From: Planctomycetota bacterium
Lineage (GTDB): Bacteria > Planctomycetota > B15-G4
Direction: 5' to 3'
Length of the DNA stretch: 64,000 nucleotides
Assembly: GCA_029259715.1 (NCBI GenBank)
Contig: JAJDEP010000014.1
Location: forward strand, 259,551 to 323,550
The notes beneath the pieces were generated by a model that saw only the letters and a program-made list of their open reading frames with translations, was not told the origin of the DNA and searched no databases. This document shows positions 11,275 through 20,451 of the stretch, one piece after another. Each line of letters begins with the position of its first letter. The stretch's first letter is position 1. The position numbers and the translations under genes are program-made.

Positions 11275-12479
11275 CGGCGAACGACGCCGGCCGGGTGGCC
11301 GTCTTCGGTCTCGATCGGCTCGGGACCTCGATGGCGACGCTGTTCGCGCTCAAGGGCGGCCACGTGGCGGCCTGGGATGTCGACACGGCCCTCTGCGCCC
11401 GGCTCGCCGACGGCCACAATCCCTGGCCCGACGAACCCGAGCTCACCGAGCGGCTGCAGGCCGCGCTGCGGCTGGGACGGCTCACCTTCGTCGACGCTCC
11501 CGACGCCGTGCGGGACTGCAAGACCTGGGTCATCTACACCCCCATCACCCTCGACGAGGACGACGTCCCCTGTCGCGCCGCGCTCGAACGCGACGTCCAT
11601 GCCGTCGGGAGGGCGCTGACCCCGGACCGGCTCGTGCTCTTCGCCGGGCTGCTGGGCCTGGGCGACACGCGGACGCTCGGCAGTCGCCTCGAGCAGGCCT
11701 CGGGGCTCCGGCCGGGCAAGGACTTCCGCCTGGGCTACTTGCCGCCGCGCGTCGCCGCCGGGCACGTCTTCGGGGACATCCTCTCGAGCGCGAAGTTCGT
11801 CTCCGGCATCGATGCGGCCTCCATGGAGGCGGCCACCATCTGCGCCGCGACCATGCTCGACACCATCGTGACGCCGCTGCAGACCTGCGAGGCCGCCGAA
11901 CTCACCCGACTCTGGGAGGGCGCGTCGTCGCTCCTCGGACAGGCGCTCGCGCTGGAGGCCGCGCACCTCGCCGAGGCCCACGGCATCGATGCGGCGGCGG
12001 CAGCCCGCTTCGCCAATTCGCAACCGGAGTTCCCGGTGGCCGCCCCCAGCCTGCTCGAGGCTCCCGGCGACGCCACCCTCGCCCTGGCCCTGCTCGGCGA
12101 GCATCCCGGCCTGCTGCTCCCGGCGGCGGCGCTCGCCGCTCGCCGCCGCAGCTACGCCGCCACGGCGGAGCAACTCGCCACCGCCCTCGACGGCTTGGAC
12201 GGTCGGCGGGTGACGGTCGTCGGCCGCAAGGGCGGCGCCGGTGCGGGCGCGCGCATCGCGTCGGCGTTCCTCGGGGCCCTGCGCCGCGCCGGCGCGCAGA
12301 TCGTCGCGACCGACGCGCCGGATGCGTCGGGATGCGACGCCGTCATCGTCGGTCATGACGGGGCCGACTTCGACGAGCCGCCCCTCTCGACCTGCCGCGC
12401 CGTGGTGGACGCCGCGAACCTGTTGCACCCCGAGCACGTCCGTGCCCGCGGCCTGGCCTACGTCGGCGTCGGCCGCTGA
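11271..12479 (+). CDS. UDP-glucose/GDP-mannose dehydrogenase-family homolog with degenerate catalytic motifs
   Basis: Full three-domain layout (VAVFGLDRLG...AWDVD, GLRPGKDFRLGYLPPR, AAELTRLWE, VVDAANLL...YVGVGR) but no GGHC-type catalytic Cys. Confidence 0.75.
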   Translation: MTANDAGRVAVFGLDRLGTSMATLFALKGGHVAAWDVDTALCARLADGHNPWPDEPELTERLQAALRLGRLTFVDAPDAVRDCKTWVIYTPITLDEDDVPCRAALERDVHAVGRALTPDRLVLFAGLLGLGDTRTLGSRLEQASGLRPGKDFRLGYLPPRVAAGHVFGDILSSAKFVSGIDAASMEAATICAATMLDTIVTPLQTCEAAELTRLWEGASSLLGQALALEAAHLAEAHGIDAAAAARFANSQPEFPVAAPSLLEAPGDATLALALLGEHPGLLLPAAALAARRRSYAATAEQLATALDGLDGRRVTVVGRKGGAGAGARIASAFLGALRRAGAQIVATDAPDASGCDAVIVGHDGADFDEPPLSTCRAVVDAANLLHPEHVRARGLAYVGVGR

Positions 12480-12521
12480 CGCGGACGCCACGCTCGGTTC
12501 ACGAGTGACGCCGCGGGCCGG

Positions 12522-13355
12522 TCAGGTGTACTGACCCAACGCCGGATGCTCGCCGAGCAGTCGGCGCTGCCGGGCGTTCAGCCCGTCCCGGATCACCGAC
12601 GGCACGTGCTGGTTGGGGAAGGGGCCCAACCGGGGCGCGATGAAGCGTGCGCCGTAGTGCACCTGCGCCACGCAGCGCGGCTCCGCGCCCTCATGCGGCA
12701 GCGCGTGATGCCAGACCTGGTTGTGGAACAGGATGCAATCGCCCACCTCCACCTGCAGGGCCAGCGGCCCGCGCCCGTCGTAGCGCGGCCCCGCGTCCCA
12801 GGGTTCGGGCCGTCTCCCGCTGCGCTGGCTGCCCGGCACCAACTCGGTCGGCCCGTCCTCCGGCCCCACCCGGGTCAGGTACACCATGGCCGTGACGAGG
12901 TAGACCGGGAACGGGATGCGGTCGTCCCACGGCACGTGCGCGGGGCGCGGCATGTAGAGGTTGTCGTCGATGTGCCATTGGTGGCCCGGGTCACCGGGGT
13001 CGGTGACGTTCACCGAGACGTTGATCAGGTGGCAGTCGCTCGTCGTCGGCGGCAGGTCCTCGTCGCCGGCCCCCTCCGGGCCGCCCGGTTTCACGCCCGG
13101 CTCGAACACGAGCAGTCGCTCGGCCATGTCGATCAGGGGCGTGCGGTCGATGAGCCCGAGCATCGAGCGCAGGTGCAGGTGCACGCCGGAGTGGAACCAG
13201 CGCGTCGTCCACGGCCACGGATGCGTCGAGCGCAGCGTCTCGACCTCACCCCGCAAGGCCCCGCTCTCCTCGGGCGACAGCACGCCCGGGATGTGCACGT
13301 AGCCGTCCCGCTGGAAGTCGGCCACGCAGCCGTCGAGGTCGAAGGGCGCGCTCAC
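12522..13355 (-). CDS. Phytanoyl-CoA dioxygenase family (Fe/2OG) protein
   Basis: FQRDGY, WHID (HxD), DGPTELVPGSQ, GDCILFHNQVWH. Confidence 0.88.
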   Translation of the reverse strand: MSAPFDLDGCVADFQRDGYVHIPGVLSPEESGALRGEVETLRSTHPWPWTTRWFHSGVHLHLRSMLGLIDRTPLIDMAERLLVFEPGVKPGGPEGAGDEDLPPTTSDCHLINVSVNVTDPGDPGHQWHIDDNLYMPRPAHVPWDDRIPFPVYLVTAMVYLTRVGPEDGPTELVPGSQRSGRRPEPWDAGPRYDGRGPLALQVEVGDCILFHNQVWHHALPHEGAEPRCVAQVHYGARFIAPRLGPFPNQHVPSVIRDGLNARQRRLLGEHPALGQYT

Positions 13356-13771
13356 GGCGACGATCCATCGCCTTGCAGGGCGTCCCGCACCACCTGCTCG
13401 ACGCTCTGACCCCAGGAGATCTCCAGGGTGTGACCGTCGGGATCACGCAGGAAGGCGTAGATGCCGACCTCGTCGCCCTCGGCCACGGGTTCGCCGATGA
13501 GCAGGCCCTGCGCGCGCGCGCGCTCGACGAGGGAGTCGAATTCCTCGCGACTCGCGCAGGCCACACCCAGGTGCGCCGGCGGCGCGAGCACCGTCGGCAC
13601 CACGTCCATCTCGATCAGCACTGCGACGAACGTGCGCCGGCCGTCGCCGATCCAGGCCTTGCCCTCGGCGCGCAGCACCGGCTTCAGCCCGCCGAACGCC
13701 GCATAGAAATCGATGCTCGCCGCGACATCACGGACCGGGAGCGCGATGTGGGAGAAGCCGAGGTCGGGCAT
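13352..13771 (-). CDS. VOC/glyoxalase family protein
   Basis: SHIALPVRDVAASIDFY, HLGVAC, FLRDPDGHTLEIS. Confidence 0.9.
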   Translation of the reverse strand: MPDLGFSHIALPVRDVAASIDFYAAFGGLKPVLRAEGKAWIGDGRRTFVAVLIEMDVVPTVLAPPAHLGVACASREEFDSLVERARAQGLLIGEPVAEGDEVGIYAFLRDPDGHTLEISWGQSVEQVVRDALQGDGSSP

Positions 13772-13833
13772 GGGTCGATCGTATCGCCTTGCGCGTTCAG
13801 GGATCAGCCAATGGACTCGAGCCCGTCGGTGGT

Positions 13834-16158
13834 TCAGCTCTCCAGGACGCCGCGCAAGGCGCCCAGCAATTCCTCGGTGCGGAACGGCTTCTGCAGGAAT
13901 GACGCCCGGGTCCAGCCCTCGATGCGGGACCCGATGTCGCGCTCGTCATAGCCGCTCATGAGCACGATGGGCACATCGTAACGGGTCGCCCGGAGACGCG
14001 CGAAGGCCTCCTCGCCCCGCAGGTTCGGCATGGTCAGGTCGAGGACCACCGCGGACACCTCGTCCGCACAAGAGGTGAAGGCCTCGATGCCGGCCAGACC
14101 GTCCGGTGCTTCGATCACCTCGAAGCCCGAGTCCTCGAGGGTGAGGCGCACGGCCTGTCGCACCGTCTCCTCATCATCGATGACGAGCACCGTGCCCACG
14201 TCCTTCGCCGGCGAACTCCCGGCGCCGAGTTCGCTGTTCGTCCACACGCGCCGCCGGCTGAGCGGGAAGAGCACGCGCACCGTGGTGCCTTCGCCCGGGG
14301 CGCTGATCACCTGCAGCGCACCCTGGTGGCCGCGCACGATGCCGCGCACCGCGGCCAGCCCGAGACCGCGCCCGGTGAATTTGGTCGTGAAGAACGGATC
14401 GAAGATGCGTGTGGCCGTCTTGTCGTCCATGCCCACGCCCTCGTCCCGCACCATCAGCACGGCATAGTCGCCCGGCGCCAGTTCGTCCCCGGCGGCCAGC
14501 TCGGAGAGCATGGCGTGATCGGCCTGCAAGGTGCCGGTCTCCACGAGCACCGACCCGCGGCCACCCTCGTAGGCTTCCGCGGCATTCGTCATCAGGTTCA
14601 TCACGATCTGCCGCAGCTGCGTGCCGTCACCCTCCACCGGGATCACCTCGGGACCCAGCTCCTCGTGCACCGTCACGTTCTTGCTGATCGAGGCGCGCAC
14701 CAGCCGTCCCATGTCGTGCACCAGGGCGGAGAGGTCGAGGGTCTCCACGACGAAGCGACCACGCCCCGAGAAGGCGAGCATCTGCTTGGTCAGGTCGGCC
14801 GCCTGCAGCGCCGCCCGCTCGATGTCGGCGAGCGTCGCCTGGGCCATGTTGCGCGGCGGCACCTGCCCCTTGGCCACACCGGCATTGGCCAGGATGCCCA
14901 CGAGCAGGTTGTTGAAGTCGTGGGCCACGCCGCCGGCGAGCACGCCGAGGCTCTCGAGCTTTTGCGACTCGTTCACGCGCTCGGCCACGCGCTGACGCTC
15001 CTCTTCGCTGCGCTTGCGCTCCGCCGCCTCCTTGCGCAGCTCGCCGTTGGCCTGCTCGAGGCGACGACGGGCCTCCGCGAGATCCAACGTCCGCGCCTGC
15101 ACTTCGCGCTCGATGCGCGCGTGGTTGCGCGTCACGGAGTGGACCGACGCCCCCAACAAGAGCGACGCGATCACCCCGCCTCCGAGGAGCAACCAGAAGC
15201 CCAACGCAGTGAAGGCGCTGGCCAGGGGTTCGCGCGGGCGGATCGTGGCCCGCCAGGTCCGCGGGCCCACGTCCAGCGTACGCTCGACGATGGGGCCCCG
15301 GTCGCCCGGCGGGGGCGGCTGGCCGTACAGGTCAGCCTCGGCCACCGGGGCGTCGAGATCCAGCAGGTGGACGTCGACATGATCCCGATCGGCATCCGGC
15401 AGCACCTTTGCCACCAGCGTTTGGAGGCGCACGGCCCCCAGAGCGAAACCAGCCAAGGCCTCGCGTCGGCCCTCCCGGTCTTCGATGTCGATGTCCCGGC
15501 GGTAGACCGGATGGGCCACGAGCAGGGCGTAGGAGTCGGCGGACTCCTGCACCAGCCGGAGGCGCGGCGACGTCGCCACGCGGCCGCTGTCCCGAGCCTG
15601 CTCGAGCATCCGACGTCGCACCGGATCGCTGGCGATGTCGTAGCCGATCGCCGGGAGGTTCGACGTCTTGGGGACCGCCTGCGCCACGGGGAAGTAGTCG
15701 GTCCGGTTCGCGGCCCGCATCAGCGTTCCGTCCGACGAGCGCTCGTTGACGCTGTAGCCGCCGTGCAGCCGCTGCATCTCGGCCTCGTGGGCGCCGCGCT
15801 CCTCGGCCCGCACCCGAGGCACCCACTCGAGGGCCTGGATCGCCGGGCTCCTGAGCTGCGCCGGGCCGGCGAATTCGAGAAACCGTGCGGCGTTGCCCTG
15901 CGCATCGACCTGCAGGAAGCGCGCGAGCGAGCGCACGACCTCCAGCTCCACGTCGATCTCCCGGCTCAACCCCTCGAGGATCATGAATCCGCGCCGCTCG
16001 AAGGTCGCGGTCTCGCGCGCGTCCCGGGCGCGCCAGTCATAGACGGACGCCACGGCCGTGGCGAGGAGGCCCAGGCCCACGGTCAGGACCACGAGCCACA
16101 CATTCCCACGTCGGGGCGTGCGGTCCTGTCCTGCGGCGTCGGCCTTCCCGTGCGTCAT
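13834..16158 (-). CDS. CHASE-domain hybrid histidine kinase/response regulator
   Basis: TM-CHASE-TM (ALEWVPRV, NLPAIGYD), H-box GGVAHDFNNLL, NLMTNAAEA, FDPFFTTKFTGRGLGL, REC domain (VLVIDDE, LDLTMP, KPF). Confidence 0.92.
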   Translation of the reverse strand: MTHGKADAAGQDRTPRRGNVWLVVLTVGLGLLATAVASVYDWRARDARETATFERRGFMILEGLSREIDVELEVVRSLARFLQVDAQGNAARFLEFAGPAQLRSPAIQALEWVPRVRAEERGAHEAEMQRLHGGYSVNERSSDGTLMRAANRTDYFPVAQAVPKTSNLPAIGYDIASDPVRRRMLEQARDSGRVATSPRLRLVQESADSYALLVAHPVYRRDIDIEDREGRREALAGFALGAVRLQTLVAKVLPDADRDHVDVHLLDLDAPVAEADLYGQPPPPGDRGPIVERTLDVGPRTWRATIRPREPLASAFTALGFWLLLGGGVIASLLLGASVHSVTRNHARIEREVQARTLDLAEARRRLEQANGELRKEAAERKRSEEERQRVAERVNESQKLESLGVLAGGVAHDFNNLLVGILANAGVAKGQVPPRNMAQATLADIERAALQAADLTKQMLAFSGRGRFVVETLDLSALVHDMGRLVRASISKNVTVHEELGPEVIPVEGDGTQLRQIVMNLMTNAAEAYEGGRGSVLVETGTLQADHAMLSELAAGDELAPGDYAVLMVRDEGVGMDDKTATRIFDPFFTTKFTGRGLGLAAVRGIVRGHQGALQVISAPGEGTTVRVLFPLSRRRVWTNSELGAGSSPAKDVGTVLVIDDEETVRQAVRLTLEDSGFEVIEAPDGLAGIEAFTSCADEVSAVVLDLTMPNLRGEEAFARLRATRYDVPIVLMSGYDERDIGSRIEGWTRASFLQKPFRTEELLGALRGVLES

Positions 16159-16316
16159 CGCTTGCCCCCGGCTCCCCCGGTTCCGAGCCGGCGGTTTGAG
16201 CCCGGGTCGTCGCATCGACTTCGATGCAATCCGCAAGCACGAACCGCTCCCTCTACCCTAACGAGGTCGCCCGGATTCGGCCAAGGCGTCATCACCCTGT
16301 CGCCCCGACGCGCCGG

Positions 16317-16895
16317 CTAGGTCCCGGAATTCGGCGCCTGGGGCAACGCGCAGAAGGCACCTTCGCTGAATCCGGCCGAGCCGATGTCGAGGGCATGGTC
16401 GAAGCGCGCGCGGTAATTCTCCCACGCGATGCAGGAGGTGAGTTCCACGATCTGCCGCGCGTCGAAGTGCGTGCGCAGTTCGGCGAACAGCGCGTCCGAA
16501 ACCTCGACGGGCGTCGCCGTCATGGCGACGGTGTAGCGCAGCGCCGTCTTCTCGCGGTCATCGAAGGCGTCGCACGTCTCGAACTCAGCCAGCCCCTGCA
16601 GCTGCTCGTCAGTGACACCTTCCTGCCGGCTCACGGCCGACCCGATGTCGAGTCAGAACGGACACCCCACGAGCATGGCCGCCTTCACGTCGCACAACAG
16701 CTTGAGCCGGGCGTCGATGGTCGTGGCCGCCTCCTGGGCCATCTCCATGTGCGCGTAGCCGCGCAGCAGGCGTGGATGGTTCGCGGTCACGGCGATGGGC
16801 TCGAGCACCTGCCCCAGGCGCCGCTTGCACATGAAGTAGGCGATGCGAGCGAACGGGCTCGCCTTGTTCGCGGGGACACGTTCGATGCGTGACAT
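16317..16895 (-). CDS. Carboxymuconolactone decarboxylase/AhpD family protein, probable selenoprotein (CxxU)
   Basis: ORFs 16653-16952 and 16317-16634 are in the same frame, separated only by TGA at 16653-16655: ...AAMLVGCPF-TGA-LDIGSAVSRQEG...; GGAGGAGG SD before ATG 16895; C-half has the typical LRTHFDARQIVELTSCIAWENYRARF. Confidence 0.85.
16614..16649 (-). promoter_or_regulatory. Putative bacterial SECIS element
   Basis: Lower stem GACAUC/GGUGUC, upper stem GUCGGC/GCCGGC, apical loop CGUGA beginning 17 nt after the UGA (folded by hand). Confidence 0.7.
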
Positions 16896-16916
16896 GTCGG
16901 GCCTCCTCCGGTCGGT

Positions 16917-16970
16917 GTCGTGCGAGCACGCGGCGCGGGGTCGTGCGAGCACGCGGCACGGGGTCGTGCG
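16917..16970. repeat. 23-bp tandem repeat x2.3, each unit containing the palindrome CGTGC-GA-GCACG
   Basis: gtcgtgcgagcacgcggcgcggg / gtcgtgcgagcacgcggcacggg / gtcgtgcg between the xth stop and the selenoprotein RBS. Confidence 0.85.
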
Positions 16971-16971
16971 G

Positions 16972-17757
16972 TCAGTCGTCCAGCGTGGCGATGACGGGCG
17001 CGTGGTCGGACGGTTTCTCCTGTCCGCGCTCCTCCTTGTCGACGACCACCCCCGTGCAGGCGGCGAGCGCGGGCTCGCTCATCAGGAAGTGGTCGATGCG
17101 CAGGCCGTGGTCGCGGGGGAAGCCGCGGGTGCGGAAATCCCACCAGGTGTAGTGCCCGCCGTCCTGCTCGAACTTGCGGAAGGCGTCGTGGAGGCCCGGC
17201 GCCATCATCGCAGCGAGGGCTTCGCGCTCAGGCTCGCTGCAGTGGATCTTGTCGCGCCAGCGGTCGGGGTCGTAGACGTCGCGGTCGTCGAACGTCACGT
17301 TGAAGTCGCCCGTGACCACCACCTTCTCGGTCACCGGGAACTGCCGCTCGATGAGGTCGGCCACGGCCGCCATCCAGCGCAACTTGTAGTCGTACTTCTC
17401 GTCGCCCACCTCCTTGCCGTTCACGACATAGAGGTTGAGCAGCATCACGTCGCCCACCGTGGCGCCGATGACCCGGGCCTCGTCCTTGAAGCCTTCGCCC
17501 TCGAGGCCATCGCCGACGATCCCTCGGTGGACAGACTCGATGGGCTGCTTGGCCAGGATCGCCACGCCGTTGTAGGTCTTCTGCCCGAAGGTCTCGACGT
17601 TGTAGCCCGCGCCTTCGATGTCATCGCGGGGGAACTGCTCGTCCTGGCACTTCAGCTCCTGCAGGCAGACCACGTCGGGCTGCGCGGTGGAGAGCCAGTC
17701 GAGCACCCGCGGCAGGCGCGCGCGGACGGAGTTCACGTTCCAGGTGGCGATGCGCAT
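16972..17757 (-). CDS. xth: Exodeoxyribonuclease III
   Basis: MRIATWNVNS, CLQELK, YNGVAIL, GDFN, YTWWDFR, GLRIDH, PSDHAPV. Confidence 0.95.
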   Translation of the reverse strand: MRIATWNVNSVRARLPRVLDWLSTAQPDVVCLQELKCQDEQFPRDDIEGAGYNVETFGQKTYNGVAILAKQPIESVHRGIVGDGLEGEGFKDEARVIGATVGDVMLLNLYVVNGKEVGDEKYDYKLRWMAAVADLIERQFPVTEKVVVTGDFNVTFDDRDVYDPDRWRDKIHCSEPEREALAAMMAPGLHDAFRKFEQDGGHYTWWDFRTRGFPRDHGLRIDHFLMSEPALAACTGVVVDKEERGQEKPSDHAPVIATLDD

Positions 17758-17857
17758 GGCGCGCAAGGATAGCGGCGCACCCCCGGCGAGGCCACGGCCG
17801 CCCCGCGGCCCGTCCGAAAACGGGCCCCCGCGACCTCGCCGGGGGAACACCTGACAT

Positions 17858-19570
17858 TCAAGGTTGGATGATCAGCAGGCCGTCCGTCCCCGCCCAACCG
17901 AAGGGCGCGACCGGGTCCTGGATCCAAGACTGCAGGTAGATCTTCTCGCCGAGCGGCAGGCCCGCCGGCCAGGTAGCCGGGATCACGATCGAGCCGGCGG
18001 CATCGGTGACGAGCAACACGATGTTCGCGGGCGGGTTCGCATCGGGCACCAGCGTGCCGCCGTTGAGCGGCGTCAGCGCCGCCGCACGTGAACCGATCAG
18101 GAAGGCGATGGCGCTGGGCCGCGCGTCCGTCAGCGCGAGCGAGACAGGGTCACCGCCCTGCAGGTCTCCCGTCGCCGTCAGCACCGGAAGGCCGACCGTC
18201 CCGGCGACGCCGGCCGGGATGCGCTTGAAGCGCGCTCCGGCGAACCTGACCACATAGGCGTAGCCGTTGCCGTCCGCGTTGGCGCCCACGATGAAGTCGG
18301 CCTGGCAGTCCCCGTCGATGTCACCCAGGCAGGAGAGCCCGGAGCCGAAGTGGTCGCTGGCCGTCACGGCCGTGCCCAGTCCTGCCGCGAACCCCGGCAG
18401 CTTGGAGGCCCCGTTCAGTGTTCCGTCGGTCTTCAGGCGCAGCAGATACAGGGCCCCCCGGTTGGTCCCGCCGTCGTCGTCGAGGGCCGCGCTGACCAGC
18501 AACTCCGTGACGCCGTCGCCGTCCACGTCACCCATCGCCGCCAGTGACCCGCCGAAGTTGTCGAAGTTGTCGAGATTCCAGGTGAAGCCGCCCACGTTCT
18601 CCGTGATGCGGGTATGGGTGCGCACCGTGCCGTCGGCGTTGAGGAACAGGATCCACACACCGCCGACCGAACCGCCCGACGGCTCGTCCATCGAGATGCC
18701 GCCCACGGCCAGATCGACCACGCCGTCGCCGTCGAGATCCCCGATGTTCTCGACGGCGAAGCCGAACCGATCGCTCTGGGCGACGTCGGTCGTCGCCAGT
18801 CCCCCGGAGCCCGAGCCGATCTTCGAGCGGGCCTTCACCGTCCCGTCGGCGTTCAACAGCAGGATCCAGACCGCACCGGTGAAAGGCGCCCCGTCGAAGT
18901 CCGAGCTGGCGCCCACGGCGATGTCCATCACGCCGTCGCCATCGAGGTCGCCCAGCGGGCTGATGTCGGAGCCGAAGTTGTCGTTGCTCTTCAACGCCCC
19001 GCCCATGCCCGAGGCGTCGCTGATGCGGGCGTGGCCCTTCACGCTGCCGTCGGCGTTGAGGAACAGGATCCAGACGGCGCCGGCGTCGCTGCCGCCCTCG
19101 TCGTCGTTGTCGGCACCGACGGCCAGGTCGGGGATGCCGTCCCCGTCGAGGTCCCCGAGGTCGCCGAGACCGTGTCCGAACTTGTCTCCCTCGGCGAGGG
19201 CGCCCGTGAATCCGCCCAGGCCATCACCGATCTCGGTCGTGGCCTTTACGGTCCCGTCGGCGTTCAGGTGCAGGATCCACACGGAACCGGTCCCGTTGTT
19301 GCCGACGGCGTCGTTGTTGCGGAACTGGCCCACCGCGACGTCGACCACGCCGTCACCATCGAGGTCGCCGATCCTGGTGGCGGAGGTCCCGAACTGCTCG
19401 CCACTCAGGATCGTTCCCCCGAAGCCACCCTGGGAGTTTCCGATCTTCTGGTGGTCGAGCACGGTCCCAGGCACTTGAGCGGCCCCCGCCGGGGCGAGCC
19501 ACGCGACGGACGCAACCGCCGAAAGCGTGAGAGCGGCGAGACGAGCATGAGCGGGATGACGTGACGACAT
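17858..19570 (-). CDS. Secreted FG-GAP (integrin alpha-like) repeat beta-propeller protein with conserved C-terminal domain
   Basis: Signal peptide; six GD(L/V/I)DGD repeats, most followed by GxVWILxLNADG; GGAG SD. Confidence 0.88.
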   Translation of the reverse strand: MSSRHPAHARLAALTLSAVASVAWLAPAGAAQVPGTVLDHQKIGNSQGGFGGTILSGEQFGTSATRIGDLDGDGVVDVAVGQFRNNDAVGNNGTGSVWILHLNADGTVKATTEIGDGLGGFTGALAEGDKFGHGLGDLGDLDGDGIPDLAVGADNDDEGGSDAGAVWILFLNADGSVKGHARISDASGMGGALKSNDNFGSDISPLGDLDGDGVMDIAVGASSDFDGAPFTGAVWILLLNADGTVKARSKIGSGSGGLATTDVAQSDRFGFAVENIGDLDGDGVVDLAVGGISMDEPSGGSVGGVWILFLNADGTVRTHTRITENVGGFTWNLDNFDNFGGSLAAMGDVDGDGVTELLVSAALDDDGGTNRGALYLLRLKTDGTLNGASKLPGFAAGLGTAVTASDHFGSGLSCLGDIDGDCQADFIVGANADGNGYAYVVRFAGARFKRIPAGVAGTVGLPVLTATGDLQGGDPVSLALTDARPSAIAFLIGSRAAALTPLNGGTLVPDANPPANIVLLVTDAAGSIVIPATWPAGLPLGEKIYLQSWIQDPVAPFGWAGTDGLLIIQP

Positions 19571-19851
19571 GGTGAGACTCCTCCGCCCCGGGAACTTGGA
19601 GCTGTAGGAGTAGGCGTGGGAACCCCGCCGCCTCCCCGGAGGAAACCACGATCCTCCCGGTCACGCAGGCGACGTACTTCGAATCGGGTCGCCCCGTCGG
19701 CGGGGCGCCCCGACGGCGTGTCGGCGTCGCCATCCCTCGATCGCAACTGCATTTGCCGGTAACAGCAGGTCCGGTGAGAATGAACGTCGGGCGGCCCGGT
19801 GACCGCTCCCTCGGGAGATCGCCACGCCCGCCTCCACCGCCGATGAGATCC

Positions 19852-20451
19852 ATGGACCACCCGCCCCACGACGCCCCGCCCCCGGACGACGGCACACCGG
19901 ACGCCGCGCCGGGCGACCGCCCCGACCCCACCCTCGGCGAACACCCCGAGGCGGGCCAACTGCTGCCCCTCGTGTACGACGAGCTGCGGGCCGTAGCGGC
20001 CGACCATCTGCGCCGGGAGCGCGTCGACCACACGCTGCAACCCACCGCGCTCGTGCACGAGGCCTACTTGCGTCTGGCACGGCTCGATCGCATCCAGTGG
20101 AAGGACAAGACCCACTTCTTCGTGGCCGGCGCGGGCGCCATCCGGCGGGTGCTCGTGGACCACGCCCGCGGCAAGGGCGCGGCCAAGCGCGGCGGCGGCG
20201 CCCGGCGCATCACCCTCGGCGCCGTCCCCGGCGTGGAGGCGAACCACGAGGTCGACCTGATCGCCCTCGACGAGGCCCTCGGCAAGCTGGCCGGGCTCGA
20301 CCAACGCAAGGCCCGCATCGTCGAGCTGCGCTACTTCGGCGGCCTGACCATCGCAGAGACCGCGCGGGCCCTCGGCGTGGGCACCACCACCGTCGAGGAC
20401 GACTGGGTCTTCGCCCGGAGCTGGCTGCGGCGCGAGCTGGGCGAACGATGA
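19852..20451 (+). CDS. ECF sigma factor, TIGR02999/ECF43-like (kinase-associated)
   Basis: LLPLVYDELR, HTLQPTALVHEAYLRL, RRVLVDHAR, AAKRGG, IVELRYFGGLT, DWVFARSWL; exact start uncertain. Confidence 0.9.
   Translation: MDHPPHDAPPPDDGTPDAAPGDRPDPTLGEHPEAGQLLPLVYDELRAVAADHLRRERVDHTLQPTALVHEAYLRLARLDRIQWKDKTHFFVAGAGAIRRVLVDHARGKGAAKRGGGARRITLGAVPGVEANHEVDLIALDEALGKLAGLDQRKARIVELRYFGGLTIAETARALGVGTTTVEDDWVFARSWLRRELGER

Noticed and set aside
16317-16895. Pseudogene with a nonsense mutation, or UGA reassigned to Trp/Gly
   Set aside because: The stop sits precisely at the CxxC position with a SECIS-like hairpin; RF2 is encoded and TGA ends many genes in the window
19742-19760. Sigma-54 promoter for the FG-GAP gene (minus strand CCGGCAAATGCAGTTGC)
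   Set aside because: GG to GC spacing is 11 nt rather than the required 10
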